Assembly: GCF_041146345.1 (NCBI RefSeq) | Contig: NW_027191402.1 | Coordinates: 992,001-1,056,000, forward strand | DNA from: Neodothiora populina | Taxonomy: Eukaryota | Length of the DNA stretch: 64,000 nt | Direction of reading: 5' to 3' | Shown: positions 13,659 to 25,648 of the stretch, piece by piece | Layout: the number at the start of each line of letters is the position of its first letter | How positions within the stretch are numbered: the first letter of the stretch is position 1 | Made by a program: the position numbers and the translations under genes | The notes under the pieces: generated by a model | Told to the model about the DNA's origin: nothing | The model's database searches: none | The model's input: only the letters and a program-made list of their open reading frames with translations

Positions 13659-16459
13659 ATGGCTTCCTCAAAAACTTCTTCCACTCTGTCAAACTCCGGG
13701 GCCCCAGATATATCTATACTTGGTGACAGACTCACACTTCATCCTCCGACAGTGACTGCTTCCTCTGATGCACCAAGACTACCCAATGACCCCAAGACCT
13801 CTCCGGAGCAACAGCTCCTGAGTTCATATGCTTCGTTTCGATCAGCCCCTTTTGATTTCCTTCGTGAACTCGGTCTCCATGTCTCCGGCACAGGGTGGCG
13901 ATCGTATGATCGTATCATCGGTCAAGAGATCTTTTACAAAGGATTCAGCGAGCGCATGAAGAACATGATCATGAGGACTCCGAGACTGCTCGACAAAATC
14001 CAGGACTTGGCCGAGAAAAGGGTTGATGTTGAAATTACCGAGGGCTTGTTGCCAGAAGGAGCACAAGCACGGAAACGAGAGCTAGAGGCGCAATTGGCAG
14101 AAGTCTGCGATGAGTGGACCGAGAAAATGATTTGCAAGATGGAGAGTCGTAGATTCATCCGCGGCGCGTATTATCTTGCCACCCAGTTGTTGACCCGGGC
14201 TTATCATCAAGGTATTTTTCGATTCGCCTTATGTTCTTTTATCTTGTACTAATTCACTTACCAGGCATCCACGTTTCCAGTGAAGAAGTCCTTCGCCTTC
14301 GTGCAGTCGCAGAGGAAGCCGAAAAGAAGAAACAACCCATCATCTTCTTGCCTTGCCACAGGTCTCACGTTGACTATGTCTCTCTTCAGCTGATCTGCTA
14401 TCGACTCGGTCTGGCTTTGCCGACAGTCGTCGCTGGTGATAACCTCAACTTTCCAGTTGTCGGACCATTTCTACAACATGCCGGTATGTCTTTCGACCTC
14501 TTTGACTTGATCATCGCTGATCATTCGATACAGGTGCCATGTGGATTCGTCGAAGTTTTGGAGATGATGCCTTGTACACGACTCTAGTGCAATCATATAT
14601 CGATACGCTTCTCCGAGAAGGATACAACTTTGAGTGTTTTGTTGGTGAGTTGCTAACTATAACACATCTTCAACTTGTACTAACAGAGACGATCAACAGA
14701 GGGAGGACGTTCGAGGACTGGAAAGCTGTTACAGCCAAAGTTCGGCATCTTATCATTCATCCTCGAATCAATCCTTTCGGGTTCTGTCGAAGATGCAATC
14801 ATTTGTCCTGTCAGCACTCAATATGACAAGGTCATAGAAGTCGAGTAAGGCTTTCTCTTCTTTCTTTTTCGTAACTCACTAATTACTGGTGCAGCTCCTA
14901 CATTTCGGAATTGCTTGGGCAGCCAAAGCCCAAGGAATCACTGACCAACTTCTTGTCATCGTCAAGTATTCTGTCTCTCAAGCTAGGTCGCGTCGATGTG
15001 CGCTTCCACCAGCCATGGTCGTTGCGTCAATTTGTCACTGAGCAGACGACTCGCCTGCAGCCGGGACTTCAGGGTTCCTATGATGCAAACATCAGACGCA
15101 AGATGCTTGCCACCCTCGGATTCAAGGTTCTTGCAGACATCAATGCTGCTTCTGTAGTCATGCCCACTGCTCTCATCGGTACTGTGCTGTTGACACTGCG
15201 CGGCAGAGGTGTGGGCTTGTCAGAGCTGGTACGAAGAGTAGATTGGCTCATCGCGCGAGTGAAAGCCAAGGGAGGGAGGGTGGCTCATTTCGGCACTCAG
15301 CCCACCGCCACCGTTGTTGAACGTGCGCTCGAGGTTCTCGGACCTGCACTTGTAGGACAGGTCGAGGGTCTGCCCGAATCGACTTATTTTGCTTCTGACA
15401 GATTCCAACTGAGCTTCTATCGCAACATGACGATTCATTTGTTTGTCGAAGAAGCGCTGGTGTCGGCGGCGTTGTATACGAAAGTCAAGGCTGGAGGCGG
15501 CCCGGAGAACCAGACGATGGACTATGCAGAGCTGGAGGATTACGTTTACTTTCTTTCACAGGTGAGGTTTGTACTCCTTCTCGATCTTCCAAAACTAACA
15601 ACATTAGCTCTTCCGCGCCGAATTCATCTTTCCCACGACGCCGTTGAGCGAGAATGTTCACAAGACACTCGAAGGCTTGGAGCGAGACTCAATCATCACA
15701 CTGAAAAGAAATGCGGACGATGCTTCTGTGATTGAAAGCATCACACTGAGTGAAGCGGAGCGGCTCAGGGGTCGCGAGAACTTTGATTTTTATTGTTTCC
15801 TCATCTGGCCATTCATTGAAGCGTCGTGGTTGAGCGCAGTGTCGTTATTGATGCTCGCACCACCAGCTGTACGGACGCCGACAGCGCTGCGACCAGCACC
15901 GTACACGGCGGATACCCCACCAGTCATAGAAAAAGCGTCGACACTAGCAGAACCGGCAGCACTACCTCTTACAGACGTCATAAATCACGCACAACTGCTC
16001 GGCAAGACATTGTATGCACAGGGCGACCTCTCCTACTTGGAGGCAGTGAACAAGGAGACGATACGCAATTCGTACAACCAATTCGCACTATATCCGAATG
16101 CCCTCATCGCCATCTCAGCAGCAGGTAAGAACGGCAAGTCTCCAGCAGGAGTGAAGCTGGCTCAGGCATGGATGCCGATTGGCAGAGCAGAAAATGGCGG
16201 CACTGTAAGAGCAGAAGGAATGTTGTGGGAGTTTTGCGAGAGGATCAGCAAAGCCAGACGAGAGGGCAAGAACCGGCGAGACGGCGGCACGGTGGTCAGG
16301 AGAGTGTTGGGACATGTCGAACTGGTCGGTAGCAAGTTGTGGAGTTCAGGGGTGGGAAGTGATGGCAATGCAAGCAAAAACCCAAGCAAGAAGGGGCCAG
16401 ATGCACTTGACATACAGGCGCAGGCTAGGAGCAGGCAGGATGTGCTGGCGAAGTTGTAG
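13659..16459 (+). CDS. Glycerol-3-phosphate / dihydroxyacetone-phosphate acyltransferase (PlsB/GNPAT-like), multi-exon
   Basis: PCHRSHVDY (HX4D), AGDNL, WIRRSF and EGGRSRTGK acyltransferase blocks across GT-AG introns; ends in AKL. Confidence 0.9.
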
Positions 16460-16742
16460 GAGTTCTCTGGAGAAGGCATGTCACGCGTAGTTGTACCAGC
16501 GGGGAGATGATCGACGTACAAGTGAATAGCAGCACTCTTGTTGTTGTTGTTGACGTGCCAGCCGCTCAAGTGAAGACTGGACGAGGCGAAGTTGAGTGTG
16601 CGCCTTGTGTATCTGTCTTCCTTTTCCTTCTTCTTTCTTTCTCTCTTTGCTCACGTGGCACATTCTCCAGGTTCATCTGTATCAGAATAGAAAAAGCAAC
16701 ACCACCACCATCATCACCATCATCATCATCATCACCACCACC

Positions 16743-18914
16743 ATGCCAAGGGGTGGTGGACTTGCTCTCGCAGGCGCCATCCCGCGCCTGTGCCAAGACA
16801 TCTACTCCGCCCTGCGGGGTGCCATCCCTACCGCCCTCTCTCCGCTGTCCACCACCGCCGCCAACTCCTCCATCTCCCCCTCCTCCTCCTCCTCCTCCTC
16901 CTCCTCCTCCTCCTCCTCCTCCATCACCACGACACAGGCAGCGCAGCCTGTCAACAGAAAGCGCAAGCGTGGGGAAGTAACTCCCCTCACGCGAGACGAC
17001 AACGACGACGACGAGGCCCGCAGCAAGGGCAGCAACAGCAGCAACAGCAGCAGCAGCAGCGGCAGCAGCAGCAACAAACGGGTCCAGCGCCGCACTTGGC
17101 GCGAGGACCACCTGTCTCGCACCTGGACGGAGGGCGATCGGCAGGCGATCCAGGATCTCGCGAGCGAGAGGGCGATCGAGAGGCGCAGACTGTCATCTTC
17201 ATCTTCCCAACACAACTCGTCGCCTCTCCTCGAGCACCGTCGTCGGTTCCGCATCGACACGGCGACCGCTGCTCTCGCCAAGACCGCCGCTGCCATCACC
17301 TCCAGTCCTCGTCCTGCAGCAGCAGGCAAGGAGAGAAAGCGCGTCGCTTTCGCCGAACAAGTCTCTTTTCTCCCTTCATCTGACCTTGACCGCGTCAAGC
17401 GCATCAAGCGCATTCAGTGGCGCCGCCTTGTCCAGCGTCAGCAGCAACAGCGAGAGTCGCTCATCCACCCTCGTCCACGACCTTCCCCCGCCGGCCTGGC
17501 TGTCGCCATGGAGCAATACCACGCGGCAGAGGTGCGTTGGGACAAGCTGCCAGAATGGTCCGAGTCGGACGAAGACGAAGACGTGCCAGAAAGTGGACTG
17601 CTGCACAAAGCAAGATCCGAAATGAAGAACAGTCACGTGGCGCGCAGAGTCGTGGAAAAGGCAAATGTACGCGTCGCAATGGACATTGAACAAAAAGCAG
17701 AAGCCACTCGCAAGGAGCAACAGGATGCTGCCAACAAGGTCCTGCTCGATATTCTACTGGGACAGGAGGCGCCTGCTGCTGTTGATGAGAAACAACAAGA
17801 TGAATGGTACGTCGCGCCATGGATCAACGAGCGCGGAAAGCAATACATAGTTCCGCGCAAGAGAAACCACCAACAGACCCTCGACGCAATGAAATCCGAC
17901 TCGGGATTGTTGTCGTCGCGCGGATTAGACGACAGAATGGACCAGGATCCGGCCATAGTCGACGATGAGGAGATGCACGAGTTCAAAGACATGAGCCTCG
18001 TGGAAGACAACGACAAGCTTGCAGGCAAAGTCGGCGTCAAAGAGAGACTCGAAGCTGAAGAATCAGAAGAAGAGAGTGAGGAAGACGAGTCAGAGCAAGA
18101 CCCTGCCGAGCTCAAAAAGAAACAGAGTCTCGGCAATTTCATCACCGACCTCGACGAAGAATGGTCCTCCAAAGTCGATGCCGCATTAGCAACAACGCAC
18201 ATGACGCGCATCCTCGCAAAAACCACAGGCGGCGTCGAAATCTCCCGCAGCGATATTGGCACTGTCATCCCAGGCAAAGGCTACCACTCAAATGACCCAA
18301 CAGGCTGGTTGAACGACGAGATCGTCAACGCCTGGTTCACCAATCTCGTCAGCGCATTGAACGAACGAGAGGGATACACCAAAGGCCCCAACAACGCCGC
18401 TCCATTCGCCGCTTATCCCACAGTCTGGTACAACAACGTCACCAACAAAGGCGTCGACAGCATCAAGCGCTGGTCACGTCGTCACGGCATCCAGGGTGAC
18501 AAACTCCTACACACCGAAGCCGTCTTCCTGCCCATCAACACAGGCGCCCACTGGACCATCATCTGTGTGTCAGGCAAATCCCGCCGCATCGCCCACTACG
18601 ACTCCCTGGACACGGGAAGAAACGAAACCTGCAAAAAATCCACCCCTTATCTCTCCATCGCACGTGACTGGCTCGCCATGGAATTAGGCGCCAGATACAC
18701 CGCCGACGAATGGACCGAGGAAGACCGACAATCGAACATTCAGTCCAACGGATCAGACTGCGGCATGTTTACTTGTCTTAACGGTCTGGCTTTTGCGCTG
18801 GGCTTCGAGAGTCCTGGGAGGGAGTTTGGCCCTGGACATATCCTTGCTGCGAGGCGCGCGCTTATTGCTTCTTTGATCAATGGCGGGTTCGTTGGCGACT
18901 TTGCCTTGACTTGA
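16743..18914 (+). CDS. Ulp1-family SUMO/Ubl-specific cysteine protease (peptidase C48)
   Basis: C-terminal WLNDEIVN, PINTGAHW, YDSL and QSNGSDCGMF catalytic motifs after a long low-complexity N-terminus; first ATG at 16743. Confidence 0.9.
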   Translation: MPRGGGLALAGAIPRLCQDIYSALRGAIPTALSPLSTTAANSSISPSSSSSSSSSSSSSSITTTQAAQPVNRKRKRGEVTPLTRDDNDDDEARSKGSNSSNSSSSSGSSSNKRVQRRTWREDHLSRTWTEGDRQAIQDLASERAIERRRLSSSSSQHNSSPLLEHRRRFRIDTATAALAKTAAAITSSPRPAAAGKERKRVAFAEQVSFLPSSDLDRVKRIKRIQWRRLVQRQQQQRESLIHPRPRPSPAGLAVAMEQYHAAEVRWDKLPEWSESDEDEDVPESGLLHKARSEMKNSHVARRVVEKANVRVAMDIEQKAEATRKEQQDAANKVLLDILLGQEAPAAVDEKQQDEWYVAPWINERGKQYIVPRKRNHQQTLDAMKSDSGLLSSRGLDDRMDQDPAIVDDEEMHEFKDMSLVEDNDKLAGKVGVKERLEAEESEEESEEDESEQDPAELKKKQSLGNFITDLDEEWSSKVDAALATTHMTRILAKTTGGVEISRSDIGTVIPGKGYHSNDPTGWLNDEIVNAWFTNLVSALNEREGYTKGPNNAAPFAAYPTVWYNNVTNKGVDSIKRWSRRHGIQGDKLLHTEAVFLPINTGAHWTIICVSGKSRRIAHYDSLDTGRNETCKKSTPYLSIARDWLAMELGARYTADEWTEEDRQSNIQSNGSDCGMFTCLNGLAFALGFESPGREFGPGHILAARRALIASLINGGFVGDFALT
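16881..16922 (+). repeat. (TCC)n microsatellite encoding poly-Ser in the Ulp1 N-terminus
   Basis: Directly visible TCC run; an AGC/AAC run follows at about 17031-17075. Confidence 0.9.
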
Positions 18915-19193
18915 TCTTTTCTCTTCTGATGATCACTCCTCTTCTGATGATCACTCGTCACATTCACAATGGAACATCTACACCGTCAGACGACGTGGTT
19001 TCTGTCTCTGTACAGATCGATAACCCTGTTGAATACACACCAGCCGAGGTCCTTTTCTCTTTCGACAAGATCATCTATCCATGACATATATGCGACGTTA
19101 CCACAGTCTCAAACGACATTTGATCACGAAGAGATCAACAAGCAAATAAACAGATATGAGAACTCGACATCCTCGATTCTTCGATGATCATAC

Positions 19194-19590
19194 ATCAGCC
19201 GCATACATGGCTATAATCGTACATTGCCTACATACGCGCGGCTGCAATCTCCGCCGACATCTGATATGTAGGAAAAGCAGCAAAACGGACAGATGAATGC
19301 GTCCGATAATCTTTTACCTTTGAGGACCATACATCGCCTACATACGCGCGACTGCAATCTCGCCCGACATCTGATCCACATGAAACACAATAGAGCAGAC
19401 GGATGAACACAACCGACTCCTCTTCACTTGGAAAGATCACACATCGATCGCATACACGGCTGTGATCATTCATCGCTTACATATGCGCGACTAAAATCTC
19501 AGCCGACATCTGATCCATATGAAGCTCAACAGAGCAGACTTGTTCACATACAGCCGACATCCTCTACTCTTCGAGCATCATTCATTCACT
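19194..19590. repeat. Degenerate tandem repeat, about 3 units of 110-140 bp
   Basis: Core CATYGCYTACATAYGCGCGRCT..AATCTC..CCGACATCTGAT recurs at about 19222, 19332 and 19471. Confidence 0.8.
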
Positions 19591-21688
19591 ACATGTACTC
19601 AAGACTTACTCTCTCTATCTACATCTGATCATAAGAGAGAACAACAAACGAGACACACTCACGCAGTCGAGATCCTTGCTACTTTGACCGTCATCCATCG
19701 CCTCCATATATGACGACTACAACCTCCTACGATGTTATACATTCCCCAAGGATCACTCATTGCATATATATCTGCACGACTCCAGTCTCAGTTGACGTTT
19801 GATCATGACAGAGATACCCAAACAGACAAACTCATGTAGTCGACATTTTACCTCAAGGACTACTCCTCCTATACATATATGCACCACTACAACCTCAGTT
19901 ATCATCGAATCACAAGAGAGAGCAGCATAGCAGATGGCTAAACATAGTCGTTTGGTTTTCATGACATCGATCGAGAGATGCGAGGCCGATGAATTCGAAT
20001 GCATTACATGTCGTCTGTTGCTGGCTACACTCTAGACACTGAAGCAAATGATCAACAAATACATCCGAGACAGCAACATCAACCAACGATTGCTATATGA
20101 TACAACAGCGGAGCAGGACAGGAACACCCGAGGCTTCCACTGCAGATTATAAATACTATGCAACACAGCTGTCGTAGAAGAGTAACGAATACATCCTAGA
20201 CTGCAATATCACTCCACGTTGGTTTATACACAACACTGAGGAGCAGCTATATGCAAGATCGCAAAGTCGCATGACTGTGACTGTATAACACAGCAACGGA
20301 AGAATAATAAATATAGACAGAGGGAATGTCAGACGACAACCACTTCAAGAGACAGCGGTCAAGATGAACACCAAACACACCGAAGACGAGACAACGCCGG
20401 CATCTACAATATACGATAGTGGACACGTAGACAGACAAATCTGCAACTACAATACCACACGACAGCAACCACAAGAAAACCCCGGCAACGAAAACCACAA
20501 GGACACAAAAGACACAAATCATCATGCAGACCATGAAAAAAGATTCTTCAACGACGAAACATGAGAAAACAAAAACCAGATCCACAAATTTTATACATTG
20601 AACGGCGTTTTGCGTACATCTGTCCATCTTATGCACACTGACCGGGAAAAGGTCCTCATTTCTGCTTGCACTCAAGTTGAACTTTGCTTCGAACAAGTCA
20701 TAGCAATTACCAAGCGCGGCGCTGGCGGAGTCTTCGGATCCTTTTTCCGCTCATCACTTTTTGTCCTTCTCCCTTCTGAGATTGGTGCATTGCAATACAA
20801 TGCAACGCAACACAAGCAATGACCTTGCAGACGGACCAGCAACAGGGGCACAGGCGCAATATACTGGAGTTTTTGTTTTCCGTCTCTTTTTGAGAAATTA
20901 TATACTGTTTCCTCTCGGAAGACTTGCATGCTGCGACAGGAGCAGCCAAGGGCAGAAGCGGGTAATGGGAGGGTATAGCGTTCCACAGAATGGACTTTGA
21001 GTGAAGAAGCCGTGATAAAACTGCGAATCCGGCAAGGCGTTATATTCAAAGACAGACAGATCATCGACGGATCTGATGGTTGATTTGGGGGCTGCTGCAT
21101 CCGATTTGTCTTTTGCTGTGCCTTGATTTGGGATTTCCTTCATCCATGGCGTTTCTTCTCTGCTATACGCAAACAAATGATACCCCCACCCGCCCGAGCC
21201 GTATATTTTCGAATTCATCAAAATTGTCTCATGCTTGATGGCTGTACTTGTTGGCGTCGTCTAGTCTAAAGTGAAGTGAAGTTGTCATCACCATGGACCT
21301 CTCGAACCTGAGCCGTCGATGAGAGGAGGGCTGTAGCTGTGCTACGCGCTTGACTATATATACCTTAGCTTAGCTTATGGAAAGTGATTCGGCTTGCGCT
21401 TGGTGCTATCATTTGATCGTCTTGTCAAAGCATGTTTAGATTCTTTTTGATTTCATGAACTGCTCGAAGCGGATTGGGCGTTCACACCTCATCGGAGATA
21501 TAGGAGAAGGGGAATGGGTCCACGACAGCTTCTGCTGGTTTGTATAATTTCTCGAATGAAAAAGTGGAATGAATTGAGAGGTGTTGTCTTACTTCCTCTT
21601 CTATCTTACGTGTGTGTGTATAGTACAATGTAACGTCTAGCTGTCGCCGTCTCGCCGCTTGTTCGGGTTCTATTGCGGGTATATCTCC

Positions 21689-24322
21689 TCACCCGAATCT
21701 CATCATCTCGGTTCTATCCTGTGTCGTATCAACATTCCCCTCTGTTTCTCCTTCTTCTTGTCCTCTCACCCGACCGCTATCGCTCGTCTTTTCTTCTTTC
21801 ACTCTTCTTTTGCCAGCCTTTTTACCCTTCCTCTTTCTCGCTGCTTGTTTCTTGCCTTTCGTATCCTCGTCGTTCTCCGGCGATGACGACGATGTGTCGA
21901 TCAACCCCTCTTCTTCTATTTCCTCTTCTTGTCCCTCGGCGTCCTCGACAATCTCCTCTAAATCCCAAATCTCATTCCACGACTCAGGATTCAGTTCCAA
22001 AGGACCAGGCAAGACGCCGCGTCGAGCCGGGTTGTTCGATTGATTTTGTTGTCCTTGTACGTTGACGCCACTGTTGTTGTTATTGCTCTCTGGTAAACAG
22101 ATCCACTCCCTGACGCATCCAGGCACATCGTCCCCGGAGTGCGAAATGACTATCAGAGCTTGGTTGTCTGATAACCCTGCGAATGACACGGCGTCGTTTT
22201 CGGCCAGGATTGAGGGTCGGAGGACTTTGGAGTCTTTTTCTGGGTAGGTGGTCTTTTCGTCTTCTGTTTCGTGCAGAGCTGGAACCTTGGCCTTTTCGAT
22301 CCATTGCACCCGCTCGCCATGCGACAAGAACAACAAACACTTGTCTCTGACGTCGGCGTCTAATCCGCTGAATGCTTCGTCCAGGATGACCAAGTCTGGT
22401 TTGGCGACTAGAGCTCGTAGGAACAACAATAGACGCTGCTGAGGGAACGTCATTTCTCGGAATGTCGACTCGTCTGCCCAGTCTAAATCTCGAGACACTG
22501 ATGCCAATGAGGTTAATCTCGAAACGCGTCGACGCGACTCGAGCACGTCGTCGCGGATGATCTGGGGATTTTCGAGGGATTTCGTCGGTCGGTGCCGACT
22601 ATGTCTCAGTGCTGTAATATCCTCTAGTACGGAACTCGTAGATGCAGACAAAGGCGCCAGCTCGGGCGCGAACCACCTCAAGAACGCATCCACGCTCCTA
22701 TCATTCTCGAATGTCAACGCAGGCTTCGACAGAAACGTATCTGCAAACGCCGACTCGAGCACTCGTCGCACAGACAGGTGTTTCGGGAAATAAGTGTGCA
22801 CTTCGGGACTCGAATGCCCCATGCGTTTTTGCAGGTCAAACACTGAAATTCCCGGAACGCCGGGCGAAGGCAGGCGACTTCTGCCGAACAGCTTGATGGG
22901 CAGAGCATATGTCTGTGGGTGATCAGAGGTGATCAACGACAATAAAGTCGTCTTGCCACTTCCGTTCGGGCCAAAGATCCCCCATCTTTGACCACGGTGA
23001 ATCGTCCAGTGTAAACCTGGTTCTGACTGATCCGGTTCTTGCCAATTGCCCAAAACTGTCTTGCGGTCGGGTGAGTCCAGAGCGCCGTAGCCCACTTTGA
23101 CCCCGGTCATTTCGACAATCGCTTCTCCTTGTGCTCTCGGGGGGTCTGATCGAGGGAATCCGTCGCGAGATACATTAATGACCGTATATTCTTCGTCAGA
23201 CTCGATAGGAAAGTCGACCATCTCATTGTAGAGTTTCGATAAAGCGGCAGCGTCCTTTGGATACTTTCGCTGACCAGTCGGAAGTGAAAACTCGACAATC
23301 TTCCTGACGACATCCTGTTTGGGAGCAGCGTGGACGGACATGTTCTTGTCGACGATATAGACCATATGATTGATCCAAGCAGGGATATGCTCGTCCGGCT
23401 TGAGCGAAAGAACGATTCTTGGACTGTTGCGCTTAGCCATGTCGCGTAGCAGATTCGATAGCATCCTCACAGTAGGCGGATCCAGTCCCATGAATGGTCC
23501 ATCAAGCAGAAGCAGCTCGGGCTTACTCAACAAACTCTTTGCGATTCTCGCTCTCCGCGTCTGTCCATTGCTCAGACTACTCACGGGTCTGTCGAGTAGA
23601 TCTCCTAGCTTCAGTTGTTGAATCACGTTCTCCAACGCCTCGTGATCGAGTTTGTCTTTGGCCGACTCCAGTGGGTTTAGTTCGGTGTTTCCCTCGAGGT
23701 AATCTTTCAGACTGAAATCCGTCTCTTCTTTACGTGCTTCGTATCTCGCGGCCATGTACGCGCCTTTGAGACTCGTGCCACCGAACCCACCTCGGTCAGC
23801 ATCGAATCCGACATATTTGATTGCGTCCTCCGGCCTGCGCAACCTTTCGTCTTGAACCTCATCTGATGCAAGAAAAGGGAATGATCGCGCCGTCGGAGGC
23901 AAGCAGACGAAGCTATTGTTCAGTATCTGCAGAAATTCTGTGCGATGCAGTGAAGCAGGCGCCACTACTGCCCAGTATTTCTTCGGTGACTGTCCATTTG
24001 TGTTCGATGCCAATTGAAAAGAAAACTTGGAGAAGATCGGAGGTGTCTTGGGTGGTGTCGTTGATTTTGCGCTCTTGCCTTTTTCGCTTGCTCCTTCCTC
24101 GTTGTCTTCTGTTTCTGCTTCCGCCGATGCCTTTTCTTTTGTCTTTGTACTTTTAGGATATTCGCGGTAGAATGTCGCCTTGTCAATCTTGACTATTGGC
24201 AAATGTTCGTTGACACATCGAGTTGATGAAGGTGTCGATGACGACGCTAATCGTTTGACGGATGTGTTCAATTGGTGCGGTGATAGAGGCCTTCGTTGTC
24301 GTCGCGCTATTAACCTGATCAT
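21689..24322 (-). CDS. Soluble twin-NBD ABC ATPase, ModF/YDR061W-like
   Basis: LSNGQTRRARIA signature, LLLLDGPFMGLD, GPNGSGKTTLL and ILDEAFSGLD; no transmembrane domain; Arg/Ser-rich N-terminus. Confidence 0.85.
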   Translation of the reverse strand: MIRLIARRQRRPLSPHQLNTSVKRLASSSTPSSTRCVNEHLPIVKIDKATFYREYPKSTKTKEKASAEAETEDNEEGASEKGKSAKSTTPPKTPPIFSKFSFQLASNTNGQSPKKYWAVVAPASLHRTEFLQILNNSFVCLPPTARSFPFLASDEVQDERLRRPEDAIKYVGFDADRGGFGGTSLKGAYMAARYEARKEETDFSLKDYLEGNTELNPLESAKDKLDHEALENVIQQLKLGDLLDRPVSSLSNGQTRRARIAKSLLSKPELLLLDGPFMGLDPPTVRMLSNLLRDMAKRNSPRIVLSLKPDEHIPAWINHMVYIVDKNMSVHAAPKQDVVRKIVEFSLPTGQRKYPKDAAALSKLYNEMVDFPIESDEEYTVINVSRDGFPRSDPPRAQGEAIVEMTGVKVGYGALDSPDRKTVLGNWQEPDQSEPGLHWTIHRGQRWGIFGPNGSGKTTLLSLITSDHPQTYALPIKLFGRSRLPSPGVPGISVFDLQKRMGHSSPEVHTYFPKHLSVRRVLESAFADTFLSKPALTFENDRSVDAFLRWFAPELAPLSASTSSVLEDITALRHSRHRPTKSLENPQIIRDDVLESRRRVSRLTSLASVSRDLDWADESTFREMTFPQQRLLLFLRALVAKPDLVILDEAFSGLDADVRDKCLLFLSHGERVQWIEKAKVPALHETEDEKTTYPEKDSKVLRPSILAENDAVSFAGLSDNQALIVISHSGDDVPGCVREWICLPESNNNNSGVNVQGQQNQSNNPARRGVLPGPLELNPESWNEIWDLEEIVEDAEGQEEEIEEEGLIDTSSSSPENDEDTKGKKQAARKRKGKKAGKRRVKEEKTSDSGRVRGQEEGETEGNVDTTQDRTEMMRFG

Positions 24323-24591
24323 CGCGGCGACCGTATCAACATCTATTCCTTCTATGCTTCATGCAACACGAAACATGTGAGAATCGCAAAAGAAGCCTCG
24401 GTCTCGGATTCGGCTGTCCCGTCATCGAGTATCAGCCTCGGGATATGGTTTACCTAGTTCCGAACGTTGCTGACGTCCTTTTGTTCTTACTCCGCAGCTT
24501 TACTCCGCATCTCCAACGCCCTTCTCGACTATTTGTTCCATACACACTTTCCTTGACCATACTGACTCGTTTTGTTTTCGTCAAAGACAAC

Positions 24592-25071
24592 ATGTTCCCT
24601 GCTCTTCAGCCTCATCGTCCCAAGGTATCTCTTTGCATCTAGTACAAGCAATGGAAACAAGAAACTCAGAATATCTCCTAGTATCCACAGTCCCACTCTT
24701 CAGTTACTCCACCATGCAAGCAGCAAATCAGACGTGAACACTCGACCACTTCCTCACAGACAGTAGACATCCACCGCATCACTCTCGAAGAACAACATAA
24801 ACCAAGACCTCGTACCCAAATCGAAGCAATGCCTCCCCTGCACTCTTCAGTCCTATCAAACCCCCACTCTTCCTGGCAGGCAGCAATGCCACCCTTTGAC
24901 GCAGCCATAACTCATCCTGTTTTCTTCACTTCGACTCCTCTGCGCAAAACCCCGTTTCCTCTGCCTGTGCTGCCTGTCGCAAGGTTCAATCCTGTCGCTA
25001 CTGGGTATGTGTTTGAGCAGAGGAGGGCTGGGGCGAGTGCGACGCTGGGTAATGGGGTCACTAAGCTGTGA
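24592..25071 (+). CDS. Hypothetical two-exon protein of about 141 aa
   Basis: ATG 24592 (MFPALQPHRPK), GT-AG intron 24625-24681, then an open frame to TGA at 25071 ending GVTKL. Confidence 0.35.
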
Positions 25072-25648
25072 TTTGAGAGTCTTGTGAGTTGTGCAGATGT
25101 TGGCGTTTCATGCTTGCTTGTATACATGAGACCAGACGGGACTCGGAGGAGGTTTCGCCTTTACATGGCACGCTTCGATCATCGATGCCGGACTTCACCG
25201 CGATATGATATCTACTGTAGAAGCGAACGGAAGACTTCGGAATGAACATGCCCGAGCATTAATCTCGAAGGCGAATTTTCCCGACAGATGAGCGGGAACA
25301 CTTTGATTCGTATATCAGGACTTCAAACTCTGCACTTGAAGTTGCGCAGACAGTGAATATCGACATGGATTTCAACAACTCCAACTCCAACAACAGGAAT
25401 CGGTCCACGATAACAAGGACTGCCTACAGTGGCCAAACGGCACTGAGTGGGCTACTACTTGAAGAGCACTCAAAAGCGCCCAACATCTATTACGCGCAAG
25501 AGCGGCGAAGACGTCCACATCGACTATGCTCGTAGCAGCCACGACCACTGAGCCAAGTGCTCTTCATGACTCTTCAGCAGAGGCACATGCGGACGAGACA
25601 CATCTTCCTGTGAGAGAAAATCCTGCATTCAATACACAGAAGGATCTA

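Noticed and set aside
16507..17413. Several long overlapping ORFs with poly-Pro, Gly, Leu, Gln or Glu tracts
   Set aside because: These are alternative-frame and antisense readings of the trinucleotide repeats in the Ulp1 gene.
18905..18960. Short direct repeat CTCTTCTGATGATCACTC containing TGATGA and CTGA
   Set aside because: Too short and lacking a guide for a C/D snoRNA; it looks like a local 19-bp duplication after the Ulp1 stop.
19194..19590. Repeat-spacer appearance suggestive of CRISPR
   Set aside because: Eukaryotic context, degenerate units, related spacers and no cas genes.
25060..25071. C-terminal TKL as a peroxisomal signal
   Set aside because: Weak PTS1 variant on a low-confidence gene model.
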